Source: a virus. Taken from it: 64,000 nucleotides of DNA. A model generated the notes under the pieces. It worked only from the letters and a program-made list of their open reading frames with translations, was not told the origin of the DNA and searched no databases. The stretch covers positions 34,056 to 98,055 of the IMG/VR virus record IMGVR_UViG_3300049846_001717. One strand, 5' to 3'. The position numbers were made by a program, and so were the translations under genes. Shown piece after piece: positions 28,019-38,552 of the stretch. Numbering within the stretch: position 1 is the first letter of the stretch; every line of letters begins with the position of its first letter.

Positions 28019-28266
28019 GTGAAATCATCCGCGCCGACGCCGGATCGGACCGGAAATGCGATGGTGACCGTATTGGTGCCGTAGATATTCCAATTCGGGA
28101 TATCAACGAATGACACGCCACACACGGTCAATTCGATCTTATTCATGAGCCGTGCGGCCAAATGCACCATGATGTGCGTGCGTTCGACGCCGCGACTGAA
28201 TGAGGTCTTGACCGTTTGTGAGACGCCCAGAATGGGGTGATTGGCAACGATCGTGTACTGTTTCAT
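28012..28266 (-). CDS. tandem paralog family member 13
   Basis: QYTI...TVCGVSFVDIP...FPVRSGVGADDF. Confidence 0.8.
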   Translation of the reverse strand: MKQYTIVANHPILGVSQTVKTSFSRGVERTHIMVHLAARLMNKIELTVCGVSFVDIPNWNIYGTNTVTIAFPVRSGVGADDFTW

Positions 28267-28613
28267 TACATGTCCAGTGCTTCCCGATCCGGGTAGCGGG
28301 CCTCGCTCGAGATATGGGAGAACATCGGCAGGTCGATGGCCTCGGCCAACTGGCCTCGCAGGGCGATCAGGTCCGCCAGATGTTTGTCGAACTTGACCAG
28401 ATGCGCTCGTGCCTTCGCCGAATCACTGGCGGATGCGGACAGGTTGGCATCAAAGGTATTTTCGTCGCCGCGCCGAGCTGACTCGGATGCCATCTGATCC
28501 GTTTCGATAGACCAGGTCAGGCAGGCATCCAGCTTCCCTGCGGCTTCGTGGAGATAAGAGGCCTTCGAGGTCATGGCCGAGATCAGTTTCAGGTCCGGAT
28601 AGGATCGGGGCAT
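28266..28613 (-). CDS. hypothetical helical protein
   Basis: TAATG coupling on both sides. Confidence 0.65.
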   Translation of the reverse strand: MPRSYPDLKLISAMTSKASYLHEAAGKLDACLTWSIETDQMASESARRGDENTFDANLSASASDSAKARAHLVKFDKHLADLIALRGQLAEAIDLPMFSHISSEARYPDREALDM

Positions 28614-28861
28614 TAGTACACTTCCTCGTATTCGACGTTGGTGAAGCCCAGATCCGTGAAGACCTGCTTCAACAGTTCGTGTGACTCTTCCTGATCGATG
28701 GAATATCGCTTGTTGTTGACCATGATGGCAACGCGGCCGGCCTCATCCTCGATCCGGATGGGGGTTGTCATTCGTGCCCGCAACGCGATCAATTCGGCTC
28801 GATCATCGTTCTGGGCTTTGATGTTGGCGGCGTTGATCGCCGTACGCTTGGGATTGGACAT
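28613..28861 (-). CDS. hypothetical protein
   Basis: ORF in co-oriented run. Confidence 0.65.
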   Translation of the reverse strand: MSNPKRTAINAANIKAQNDDRAELIALRARMTTPIRIEDEAGRVAIMVNNKRYSIDQEESHELLKQVFTDLGFTNVEYEEVY

Positions 28862-28863
28862 GG

Positions 28864-29118
28864 TTACACGATCTCCACTTCGAAGTCATCCTCAGTGAGG
28901 GATGGACGGACGGCAACGCTATGTTGGGGGCCTTCCATATAACGGCCGAGTGCGTCCGGGTTGATCACACTCGACATCACGGGAATGTCATCATACGCCA
29001 CCCCGGCAATGGAAATGATCCGATGTCGGCGTTCGGCGATCGAAATCCAGAACCGTCGCATTGATGCCGAGCGCTCGAACAACACTCGGCCCGTTGCTAC
29101 GATCTTGTACTTAGGCAT
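28864..29118 (-). CDS. tandem paralog family member 14
   Basis: MPKYKIVATG...SIAGVAYDDIP...AVRPSLTEDDFEVEIV. Confidence 0.82.
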   Translation of the reverse strand: MPKYKIVATGRVLFERSASMRRFWISIAERRHRIISIAGVAYDDIPVMSSVINPDALGRYMEGPQHSVAVRPSLTEDDFEVEIV

Positions 29119-29380
29119 TGACGATCTCCACTTCGAAGTCCTCGAGCGTGAGGGATGACCGGATGGCCAACGCCGGCTCGCCGTTGAAGGTAACGGTCCT
29201 GCCGAACATGCCACGCCTTCGGAAGGAGAAATCCCCTACTTTGGGAATGTCCTCCCACAGAACACCAGCCACCGAAATGATTTTGTCGTGGTGAACGGCC
29301 GGCGCGACCCATACCCGTTCACTTCTGACGGATGGTTCGATCTTGATAGGGCCAGTGGCGACGATCTTGTATCTAGGCAT
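29111..29380 (-). CDS. tandem paralog family member 15
   Basis: YKIVATG...SVAGVLWEDIP...AIRSSLTLEDFEVEIV. Confidence 0.82.
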   Translation of the reverse strand: MPRYKIVATGPIKIEPSVRSERVWVAPAVHHDKIISVAGVLWEDIPKVGDFSFRRRGMFGRTVTFNGEPALAIRSSLTLEDFEVEIVNA

Positions 29381-29645
29381 TCACGATCTCCACTTCAAAG
29401 TCATCGGCCGTGAGCGACCAGCGAACGGCGACGTATTGCCACGGACGGCCCACCCGATCTTCATCACGCCGACCCAACCACGGCGGCGACTCCAATGACA
29501 GAAGTTCGGGAATATCTTCCCACATCACGCCCGCCACCGAAATGATCCGGTAATCTACCCTGTCCGGGTAGATCCACAGTCGGTTCACATTGTCGGAATA
29601 TGCAAAGGACACCGGGCCAGTGGCCACGATCTTGTACTTAGCCAT
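29373..29645 (-). CDS. tandem paralog family member 16
   Basis: YKIVATG...SVAGVMWEDIP...AVRWSLTADDFEVEIV. Confidence 0.82.
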   Translation of the reverse strand: MAKYKIVATGPVSFAYSDNVNRLWIYPDRVDYRIISVAGVMWEDIPELLSLESPPWLGRRDEDRVGRPWQYVAVRWSLTADDFEVEIVNA

Positions 29646-29904
29646 TGACGATCTCGATCTCGAAGTTCTGCTGCGACAACATGGGTCGGACTGCCACGCC
29701 CTGCCGGTCTACGTAGCCTGTGACATCGCGGCCATAGACCCTTTCATGGCCGTTCAACGTGGGGATCTTATCCCACGGCACTCCAGCGATCGACAGAATA
29801 CGAACGTCGGCCGATTCCGCCTCGATCCACGTGCGTTCTGATGTGCTCGTGAATCGGAGCTCACCGGTGGCGACGATCTTGTACTTACGCGTCCGGATCG
29901 TCAT
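29638..29904 (-). CDS. tandem paralog family member 17
   Basis: KYKIVATG...SIAGVPWDKIP...AVRPMLSQQNFEIEIV. Confidence 0.8.
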   Translation of the reverse strand: MTIRTRKYKIVATGELRFTSTSERTWIEAESADVRILSIAGVPWDKIPTLNGHERVYGRDVTGYVDRQGVAVRPMLSQQNFEIEIVNG

Positions 29905-30130
29905 CGTCCATCCCCTCGAAGTCCTGCTCATCGAACGGGACGAACGGACTGCACTCCACGCACTCGTCCGAATCGATCTCGAAGGGCACGCCGCATTCGG
30001 GACAAACTTCCGTCAACGAGTCGAACAGATCCGCCAGTTCGGCATCATCCGGCAACTCGGCCGGCGACGGGCCATCGCCCACTTCCTCGAGCAAGGCGTC
30101 AGACAGTTCGATATCGGTCTTTTTCGGCAT
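29885..30130 (-). CDS. highly acidic protein with CxxC-CxxC
   Basis: very D/E-rich; CPEC...CVEC. Confidence 0.65.
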   Translation of the reverse strand: MPKKTDIELSDALLEEVGDGPSPAELPDDAELADLFDSLTEVCPECGVPFEIDSDECVECSPFVPFDEQDFEGMDDDDPDA

Positions 30131-30643
30131 GGGAAGGAATTCAGTGAAAGGGTTATCGCGTCAGCTCGAGGATAGCTCGAACCCCACGGATGGTCCGCTC
30201 GAGCACATACGACTCGATCAGTCGGGTGACCACGCGCTCCAGCAGTGCCTCCTGCTCGGGATACGACGGCACGGGCTCGACCTTCTGCTCGCAGATGGCG
30301 AGATAGAGCATTTCCATCGTCTCGCGCGACTGCTCCAGTTCCCGCAGCAGTTCGGTCACACGTTCGGGACTGGATGCACTGGCCCGATCCCATCGACTTC
30401 CGGCGTCGGGACCGTCTCAGCGTGGTCGCGGATTTCCTTGAGCGTGAGCATTAGAGCATCTCCATCATGTAGGCGACTTCCTTCTCCAACTCGGTCATCT
30501 GCGCGATCTCGGACTGCGACATAGGGACTCCGGGATGAAGGGATGAATCAAAGGTAGGATATACGAAGTTTCGTGGCAAGCGTGAGAAGGGTGTTACAAT
30601 CCACGGCGTATCGCCTAACCCGTTGCCAGGTCAGGCGATACAC

Positions 30644-30976
30644 CTACTTCGTCGCGTCGATGAGGTCGGCGAGGGCCCGAAGGAACATCGCTTCCTCCTT
30701 CCCATTCGTCAGCCCCATCGAAATCAGGTCCTCGATCGCGAACGGGTCACCTTTGGAGTGGATCTCTTCGAGCGTGACGTGTGAATGGAACTCGATGCCG
30801 CCGTCGTCCGTCTTGCGACAGGTGACGATCGGCTCGGACATCGAGCCGTGGCTCGAGAAGATCTCATCGAGATCGATGTACTTGGCGGCCGGCGGCGCCT
30901 TGGGCACGTAGGTCTTGACGTGCGAGACCTGACGAGGCCGGGCGGGCTTGGCCTTCGGCCGGTTACGGCTGACCAT
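30644..30976 (-). CDS. hypothetical protein
   Basis: TAATG coupling; high GC3. Confidence 0.65.
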   Translation of the reverse strand: MVSRNRPKAKPARPRQVSHVKTYVPKAPPAAKYIDLDEIFSSHGSMSEPIVTCRKTDDGGIEFHSHVTLEEIHSKGDPFAIEDLISMGLTNGKEEAMFLRALADLIDATK

Positions 30977-31749
30977 TACTTGGCCCTCCGGCTGATCTGG
31001 AAGGTGACCGCATCGGCCGCCTCCATCACGGTGTCGCCCTCGCCGTACGTGCCATCCTCGGCGGTGACGGCGTACCGGCCCGTCTTGGGGTCCTGCCCGA
31101 CCTCGGCGACCTCGGCGACCTCGGGGACGCCATGGCGCACAACCATCGTCTTGCTCATATTCGATGCAACTCCGAAAAGGGGTTAACTGAAAGATACCAC
31201 AGCCAGAGCGAAAGTCAAGCGTCTAATTGGGCCGCTCGAGGGGTCCAGAGGGACGGCCGGCCGCGTTTCAATGGGCCTGGTGACCAGCCAGGCGCAGCCA
31301 GGCCCTAGCCCAGAACGGCCAGCCATCCAAGGGCGGCCAAGATCAACAGCGCGTAGATCGTGGCTTCGAACCGAGGCCGCCGGCTCATGGCCGGACCTCC
31401 ATGGCGATATGCAGGTTGTCGCGGGTGAGCTGCTCGGCTTCGATGGCCGCCGCGGCGTCCTGGGGCGTGTCGTAGTCGCCGGTCAGGATTCGTTCCGTCG
31501 AATCGTAGCCATCCCATCGCTCGACCCGACGCAGCCGGCCGTCTTCAATCAGCTCATAGATGCAGAAGACGATGCGGGCCATTATGCGTCCCCGAAGTCA
31601 CACGGTGTGCCGAAATACTTGCTCCGTCCACACTTGGGACAGAGATCGAGCTTGTAATACACGACCTCGGCGAGTTGGTGGATGATCCACGCTAGCAGTG
31701 CGAACGGGCGCAGAGCCTTGGCCTTCATCTGATTGTACGTCATATGAAC

Positions 31750-32055
31750 TCAACGAGGCGTGAGAAGGAACGATGCGACCGTGATCTCTTCGTATGAAGC
31801 GAACGTGTCCACGAAGCTCGAGAGTCGGAGATTCAACACCAGGATTCGTCCATCCTCGAGCAGACCGGCGACGCCATTACCAGTCGGTGCTCCGGCGTAA
31901 CGATTGAATACACGTTCACCCTCACACTTGAGCATGTTGAGCTTCTTGAGCGTGACGTTCTCGACCAACGCCACCGGCCCATCGGCGAACAAGTCCGCCA
32001 CGGTTTCGATACGACGAACATCGAAGTTGCCCTTGGATACGTCAATGACCTTCAT
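31750..32055 (-). CDS. hypothetical early protein
   Basis: follows cassette promoter and CGGAG SD. Confidence 0.7.
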   Translation of the reverse strand: MKVIDVSKGNFDVRRIETVADLFADGPVALVENVTLKKLNMLKCEGERVFNRYAGAPTGNGVAGLLEDGRILVLNLRLSSFVDTFASYEEITVASFLLTPR

Positions 32056-32366
32056 GCGTCTACTCCGTTGGGGATATGGAGAATATAGGGGATTGAGCCG
32101 ATAAGGCAATACCCACGAATTTTCGTTACAATCGACGGCGGATCACGACTCGGCCGCATCCCGAAGGTCGTAGGCCGCGTGCCACAGCTTGTACAGGTCC
32201 ACCATCGACGGAATATTCCGCAGATTCATATAGCCGAGAACACCCTCGACGATCACCGTACTATACGAGCCTGCCTCGAGTCCCTCGTACACTTGACCGC
32301 TCATGAACACGACGGCGAAGAAATTGATGCCGCAGGTCACGGCGTAGACATAGGGTTGCCATCGCA

Positions 32367-32672
32367 TCAGAACGGCACCTCACGTGCGGCGATGGCCGAT
32401 TCCATCGCTCGAGTGATGTTGCGGGCCCCGACCGGGTTACCGCTGTGAACAGTGTAGCTCGGCACGTTGAATTCGGGGTTGGTGTAGGCCTGTTCCTCGA
32501 TCCATCGGGCTACATCGTAGCCGGTGCCGGCCCGATACGAGCCCAGGTCGTGATCGAAGCTGATGAACGTGATCTCGCCCGTCTTGAGCAGGCCGATGGC
32601 TTCGTGGGCGGTGTGACACCGAACATCGAAGCCATCCGGCGTGACCCGTTCATCGTCAAGGTAGAGTCGCAT
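32367..32672 (-). CDS. cyclic-phosphate-processing receiver-domain protein
   Basis: MRLYLDDER...ISFDHDLG...TGYD...VHSGNPVG. Confidence 0.85.
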   Translation of the reverse strand: MRLYLDDERVTPDGFDVRCHTAHEAIGLLKTGEITFISFDHDLGSYRAGTGYDVARWIEEQAYTNPEFNVPSYTVHSGNPVGARNITRAMESAIAAREVPF

Positions 32673-32741
32673 CAGAACACGAGCACCCAGACGGTGACGG
32701 TGAAGGTCCAGAACAGGAGGGCGGACCAGAAGCGTTTCATA

Positions 32742-32975
32742 TCAGTCCATCTCCCAATAAGCGGAACCATCCTCGAACGTCCAGTAGACCCGGCGATTGC
32801 CACACTCACACCGCGCGTCGATGCCGTTCCATCCGGCACAGTCCTCATCACAGCCCGAATCCCCGAGATCGACGGTGCCTTCACCGAGGTCCGGCATCGC
32901 CTTGAGAACATCCGTGATCTGCTTGGGCGTGAAGCCTCGCAGTTCCAGTTGGGTGATAGCCTGTTCGGTGGTCAT
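32742..32975 (-). CDS. Cys-rich hypothetical protein
   Basis: C..C.GW...RCECGNRRVYW. Confidence 0.65.
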   Translation of the reverse strand: MTTEQAITQLELRGFTPKQITDVLKAMPDLGEGTVDLGDSGCDEDCAGWNGIDARCECGNRRVYWTFEDGSAYWEMD

Positions 32976-33006
32976 GGATTGAATCTAGTGGACGGGTACG
33001 CGTCTG

Positions 33007-33492
33007 TCAATAGGCCGGATAGGCTTTTGCCATCGCCTGGAACTGAGCGGCGAAGAACCACATGACCTGCTTGGTGCCACACTGGATCCCATCGAATGGG
33101 GCATTACGAACCATAATCGTCGTGATATCCCACGGCGAGGGCTGACAATTGCCTTCATTGTGAGTGTGGATCGTCGGCTGGGGCTTGCCGTCACGATCCA
33201 GACACGACCGTTCGACGTCCGGAATCGTGCGGCGGCCGGCCGCCGTGTAGACCTCGACATCGTGGATCGTGATCTGATCGATGCCGTTGGTGAGTGGCCG
33301 CTTCGTCCAGTCCACCACACACCAGAGCAGCTCTCGTTCGCCCGAGTAGACGCGATACAGATCACCGATCTCCTTCAAGGCCGACCGGTCGAGCTCGATC
33401 ATGGTGACGGTGAACGGCAGCGACTGTTGGGCCTGGGCCGGCGTGGTCACGAGCCCGAGGACTACGATGAGGACGAACAGGAGGTTTTTCAT
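33007..33492 (-). CDS. signal-peptide protein with JAB/MPN+-like motif
   Basis: AQA signal-peptidase site; E...HTH-x7-S-x2-D (IHTHNEGNCQPSPWD). Confidence 0.6.
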   Translation of the reverse strand: MKNLLFVLIVVLGLVTTPAQAQQSLPFTVTMIELDRSALKEIGDLYRVYSGERELLWCVVDWTKRPLTNGIDQITIHDVEVYTAAGRRTIPDVERSCLDRDGKPQPTIHTHNEGNCQPSPWDITTIMVRNAPFDGIQCGTKQVMWFFAAQFQAMAKAYPAY

Positions 33493-33600
33493 ATCAGAAA
33501 TATGGGGGAATGACCAATATTTGGCAATAGGTCGTTACAATCGACGGGGTTGGTGGGCCGGCACCACCCGACCCACCCCATCGGAGCGCCCCCCGATGGA

Positions 33601-33816
33601 TTAGAACATGTTGCGGATCACGATGAGGTTGTACGCGACGTAGAACCAGCCGAAGAACATGTGCAGGATGGCCCAGAGGATGGAGCCGTTGGCCTTCCAG
33701 CTCAACGCGAGCGCGAGCGCGTGACCGATCGTGCCGAGTTCGCTGCCGAGTGACGCGGATTCCGCACCGACTCGCCAGTTGGTACCGTTCTTGGTCTTGC
33801 CGTTGATGTGCGGCAT
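33601..33816 (-). CDS. small membrane protein
   Basis: LALSW..NGSILWAILHMFFGWFYVAY. Confidence 0.75.
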   Translation of the reverse strand: MPHINGKTKNGTNWRVGAESASLGSELGTIGHALALALSWKANGSILWAILHMFFGWFYVAYNLIVIRNMF

Positions 33817-33960
33817 CAGTTGCTCCGCTTGAGGTATTCGACGGGGATCTGCACCGACCGAAGGGCCTTGGCGATCACCGTGACGAAAGCCTCCGGCTTG
33901 CCGATGTCGCCGATGGCGAACTTGATGGCTCTCACTTGTCCCCCTTCGCCGTACATGTGG

Positions 33961-34581
33961 TCAGTCACCTTGCGGCGTCTCCCGGAGCCGGTCGAGCAGG
34001 GCGGCGAGGGCCGCGTTGTGCGCGTCATTGTCGCGCTCGATGAAACACCCCGAGCACTCCCCGTAAGGACACGACGGTTCGTGCTTCACGCCGTCGCCGG
34101 ACTTTCGCATCCCCTCCACGATCCCGGCGATGCGCTCCCGTTCGGCGCGGCGACCGCGCTCGTACTCCACGGCGGCGACGGCGGCGCGGTAGGCGTCGCG
34201 GGCGTGGTCGTACTGCTCGCCTGTTTCCGCCGGACCGTTCGGATGCGACTCGACGTGCAATCCAGCGTACACGTAGTCGAACGCCCGCGACGTGACCGCC
34301 TCCCACGCCTCGCGCTCGGTCGCCGCGTCTGCGCTCGCCGTCAGTGGCTCGCTCCCGCTCCCCTCGACCGAGGCGCGGGGGGCAAGATGCGCGGACGCGG
34401 GGTTGCCGGGGCAGCCGTTGGAGATGCACAGCCCGTTGATGAGTTCGAGCTTGCAGAACTCGCAGTCCTTCCTCTCGTCACTCGGTTCACTCGGCACGGT
34501 CGGCGCTGCCGGGATGTACGTCTGCGAATCCTGATGCACCGGATAGCGCAACGGGTCCGGCTTGTTCGTCTCACTCGGCAC
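33961..34581 (-). CDS. hypothetical protein, shares module with 35669-35986
   Basis: YRAAVAAVEYERGRRAERERI...LAALLDRLRE. Confidence 0.7.
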   Translation of the reverse strand: MPSETNKPDPLRYPVHQDSQTYIPAAPTVPSEPSDERKDCEFCKLELINGLCISNGCPGNPASAHLAPRASVEGSGSEPLTASADAATEREAWEAVTSRAFDYVYAGLHVESHPNGPAETGEQYDHARDAYRAAVAAVEYERGRRAERERIAGIVEGMRKSGDGVKHEPSCPYGECSGCFIERDNDAHNAALAALLDRLRETPQGD

Positions 34582-35888
34582 GGTCGGCCTCGGGGGTGAT
34601 CATCAGAGCGTCACCCCGATACGCTTCCCCGCCATCAGGCGGGCCGTGCGGGACAGCTGGACCTCGACCTCACGCTTGGCCTGCTCGAGACGGACGGTCG
34701 CGAACTGCTTGCGAAGGGCGGTCATCACCTGCGTCTGCACCTGCGTGGCCTTGGTCTGCATTGTCGAAGCTCCGTCAGAGGGTGTGAATGAAAGATACTA
34801 CGAACGGCCCAGAAGTCAATACCCCAAAAATTTCGTTACAATCGGGGTCGTGGGCCTCCGTACACGGTCCCGGTCGTAGCGACCGGAGTGCATGACCTTC
34901 CTGTGTTCACAGCATCGACACCACACATCCCATCCACCCCTCCGTCAACCCAGTTTCTATCGCTCATAACTGCCCCCCCTCCGGTGCTTGGTGACATAGC
35001 GTGCCCTCCACTTGTCAATCCGGTAGACGAGATTAATCCCGTTCATCCCCGGCGCGTTCGGTGATACAGCCATCACAATGACAAGTGCCATCGGTCCGAG
35101 GAGCGTGCCGATCAACGGCATCGCGTTCGTGATCGAGCATTCCCACCGCGCCGATAGAAGCCAAGCCAGTACGCCGCACAGAAGCCACGCGGCAAAGAGG
35201 CCAGCGTCATCGTACCCGTTCATCGTCCACCTCGTCAAAAGGGGTGAGGTCGCTCGGGGTGACGATGGCACACTTGGCCGGGTTGTCGGCGAGGTGGATG
35301 ATGACGACGGCGCGGTCCATCGGGCTGTCGGCGATGACGTCTACAGCTTCCAGAGGCGTGACGCCCCAGAAATCCGCGATTCTGGGTTCCGGGGTGTATC
35401 GGAACTTCGACATGTCTACTTCTCCTTTTGTGACAGGGTGAGCGTGGGGCGGTCAACGGACGTCATGCGAATCTCCGCTTTAGCAAGTGGAATACCACGA
35501 CCAGCGCCACCAGCAACCAGAACAGGGGCCACATGACCGCGCCCATCAACCAGAAAAGCGCCGACTTGCCACCATCGTCGCGCATTTCGTCCTCATCCCA
35601 CACGATGCCGAACGCCAGCGTGGCGCACGCAACGACGATGTAGGTAACCAACTGCCAGAAAACGGTGGTCATGCCTCCCCCTCCCGGAGCCGGTCGAGCA
35701 GGGCGGCAAGAACTGAATCCACCGTCCCGCAATGGCAGAACGACGAATACTGCTCGCACACGTCGCACACGCCGTTCGTGTATTCGGGCCTGCGCTTCAT
35801 CCCCTCCACGACCTGAACGATGCGCTCCCGTTCGGCGCGGCGACCGCGCTCGTACTCCACGGCGGCGACGGCGGCGCGGTAGGCGTCG
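34128..35888. repeat. 71-nt exact direct repeat (34128-34198, 35818-35888)
   Basis: identical CGATGCGCTCCCG...AGGCGTCG. Confidence 0.9.
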
Positions 35889-35986
35889 AGGTACTCATCG
35901 CAGGTTCGACAGCGAATCGCCCCGCTCCCATTGCAGACCTCGCAGGTCATGCGGTTCGATACCGCCTCCCGCTCCGCGTCGCTCAT
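35669..35986 (-). CDS. Cys-rich hypothetical protein, shares module with 33961-34581
   Basis: CEVC..CRTC; shared repeat. Confidence 0.7.
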   Translation of the reverse strand: MSDAEREAVSNRMTCEVCNGSGAIRCRTCDEYLDAYRAAVAAVEYERGRRAERERIVQVVEGMKRRPEYTNGVCDVCEQYSSFCHCGTVDSVLAALLDRLREGEA

Positions 35987-36281
35987 GCGTCCTCCAGCAA
36001 CGCGGCGAGCGCGGCGGGGATGTTGTCCGCGTTCACGGTGGCCCCCGCGTCGAGCCACACCACGGTGCCCCACTTGTGAAGCGTCACGTCCTCCCGCTCC
36101 TGCATCGTCGCCACGGCCAGCGCGAGCGCGGCGGCGCGGCGCAACGGTCCGCGCGCAATCCCCATCCTGTCGCCTTCGGGATAGGCTTCCCGTGCGGCGA
36201 ACGCGGCCAGTGCCTCCGCATCCTCGCGCAACTGCTCCGGCGTGGCGTCCCGCAGCGCGTCGGCGAGCGGCGCGTTGATTG

Positions 36282-36644
36282 TCACGCGTCCTCCGTAAGT
36301 AGTTCGCGCCCCGCGTTCAGCACCGCATCGAACGCATCCCGATGCACCTCGGTCGGCGTCTCGTCGTTTGCAGGCACGGCGTCCATCGCGTCCCAATGCG
36401 CGAGGATGGCTCTCAGCGCGGCCCGGTAGCGGTCGGCGCGTTGGCGTTCCTCGTCGTGCATCTGCTTGACCATCGAGTAAATGGCCAGCGCGGCGCTTGC
36501 CGCCTCGTAGGCCGCGAGCAGGGTGCGGAGGTCGGTGATGTTCACGATGACTTGCGAGAGCGGGTCGAACCCGTATCCCGCATCCTCCTCGCCGTTGGAA
36601 ATCGCCGTGAGGCGCGCCACCGTCTCGCTGATCCCGTCGCTCAT
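36282..36644 (-). CDS. hypothetical protein
   Basis: ATGA coupling; GC-rich block. Confidence 0.65.
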   Translation of the reverse strand: MSDGISETVARLTAISNGEEDAGYGFDPLSQVIVNITDLRTLLAAYEAASAALAIYSMVKQMHDEERQRADRYRAALRAILAHWDAMDAVPANDETPTEVHRDAFDAVLNAGRELLTEDA

Positions 36645-36991
36645 CGCGCACCCCCACGCAGGGCGGCGGTGAGAGCATCACGCATCGCTGTCGCGTGCGA
36701 ACGCGGAGCGTGACCGTCGCCGCCCGGACCAGACACCGAGCGGAAGAACTCTGCGACAGCGACCTCCACCATCGCCTCCGTCACCTCCGGCGCGGGGGCG
36801 GGGAGGGCGGATTCGATGCGGTCGGCCAGCGAGCGCACCTTCGCGTTGAACTCCGCCATGCCGAACGCGGGGTCCGTGTCCGTCTCAATCATTTCGCGCA
36901 AGAATGTCACATCGTCCGCACTGAACTCCCCCCGCTCACGCGGGTCGGGGGTGGGCGGGGTGCAGAGGGTGTCGGGAGTGCGGTCACGCAT
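36641..36991 (-). CDS. hypothetical protein
   Basis: EVTEAMVE...ALTAAL motif common in phage ORFans. Confidence 0.65.
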   Translation of the reverse strand: MRDRTPDTLCTPPTPDPRERGEFSADDVTFLREMIETDTDPAFGMAEFNAKVRSLADRIESALPAPAPEVTEAMVEVAVAEFFRSVSGPGGDGHAPRSHATAMRDALTAALRGGAR

Positions 36992-38552
36992 TGGAACCTC
37001 CGGTGATGGTCAGGCGAGCCATCAACAGCGCCGCGGCCTCGGCGTCGTCAGTGTACGCTGCGATATTTCCGATGGTGAACCCCTCGTGCTCCACATCCAG
37101 CCACGCGGGGGTGCCCTCGCGGTAGCGCGGGCACGTCAGCGCCACGTCCAGCACCGCGGCGAGCTCGGGCGTCATGTCACGCCACAGAGACTCGTCTCGG
37201 CCGTCAAGCGCCGGATTGAGCCCCGCGAGACAGTGGAGCACGGTCCCGTCGATGGTGAGGTTCGAGTGCCCCTCATCCTCGCGGAGACAAAGAACACAGG
37301 TCGTGCAGGCCGGCGTCGTCATCGTGTGCTCCTGTACCGTGGTCATTAAGACTGTTCCATGCGCTTGTGTGAACCATCTCGACGCGGTTTGATGTACCGT
37401 GACTGATCTGCTCGAGAACCCACCGGCCTCGTTGGCTTGGCGACCGGCTGAAAGGTCGGCGTATCGTCGTATTCGGCCTCGAGCGCGTCGAAATCGATCT
37501 TGGAAGTCATGGGTTGAGTATAGTTGGTCATGAAACAAAAGTCAAGCGAGAAAATGTCTAATTGGATCAAATGTGAGCAATAGTGGACCGAAACTCCCCG
37601 TATTGTAACAAATCTCCACAAATGAGATTTATAGAAGTTCGATACGAGTCCGCACGACGACCTGTTCGAGAAGCTCCACTTCCTCGGTCGGAGCAGTCCG
37701 CTTCAGCTCCTCGGCGTGCAGCTTCGCTTCGTTGTAATATCCGAAGATAGTGTGCACGTTGCGGCCGACGTAGCCGACAAGGAAACATCCGGCTCGATTG
37801 GTCATCGGTCAGTTCTCCATGTCGATGTAGGTATTGTGTCGGGTGAGCATCCAGAGGTCTGCATCGAGCGTCGGATTATGCTCACGAACCTCGTCGAAGA
37901 TCTCGTTGTCGGCACGGACCATCGTGTGATTCGCGTCGCCCCATGTCACATTGTTGGCGCATTCCTCGATGACCTCGATTTCCGCGTGCGAAAAGACATC
38001 GCTCGCGCGGACAAAGGTGATGGTGTGAACGAGAGGCATTTTCTTGGCACGACGGGTCATAAGAAACTCTGTTGAGGTATGACTGCAATATATATCAGTT
38101 CCCAAAAATAAGGCAAGCGTTCGTTACAATCCGTGGCCTTTCGGCCTGGTCCTAGATATACCAGCCCTCCATCGGATCGATCTCCGGTTCCTCCTGGTCG
38201 TCATCGTACCCGAAGTTGTCGTCCCAGGCTTTCCGGAGCTCCTTCTCGAGCTCCAGCGTCATCGCCTGCTCGTACTCCTCGGCGGTGATGAAGCCGTACT
38301 GGATCCAGTGGGCCGCCTCGGGGACATGGAGGAAGAACGCCGAGGCCGGGACCGCCGCGCGGATCCGGTCGTTGAACGCCGCGATGTGGTTCGAGACCGG
38401 GATCGAGGCGAGCGTGGCGACGGCGAGGCAGGTCATGAGGAGCTCCGGTTGGGGTGACCGAAATATGCCACGGGACCGCCGCCGTGGCAACTCCCACAGG
38501 TTTCGTTACAATCGACGGACGGTGGTGACCTTTTGAGTCACCACCGGCGAAC

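Noticed and set aside
24826-29904. Diversity-generating retroelement behind paralog variability
   Set aside because: No reverse transcriptase or TR/VR pair with adenine-specific differences seen in the window
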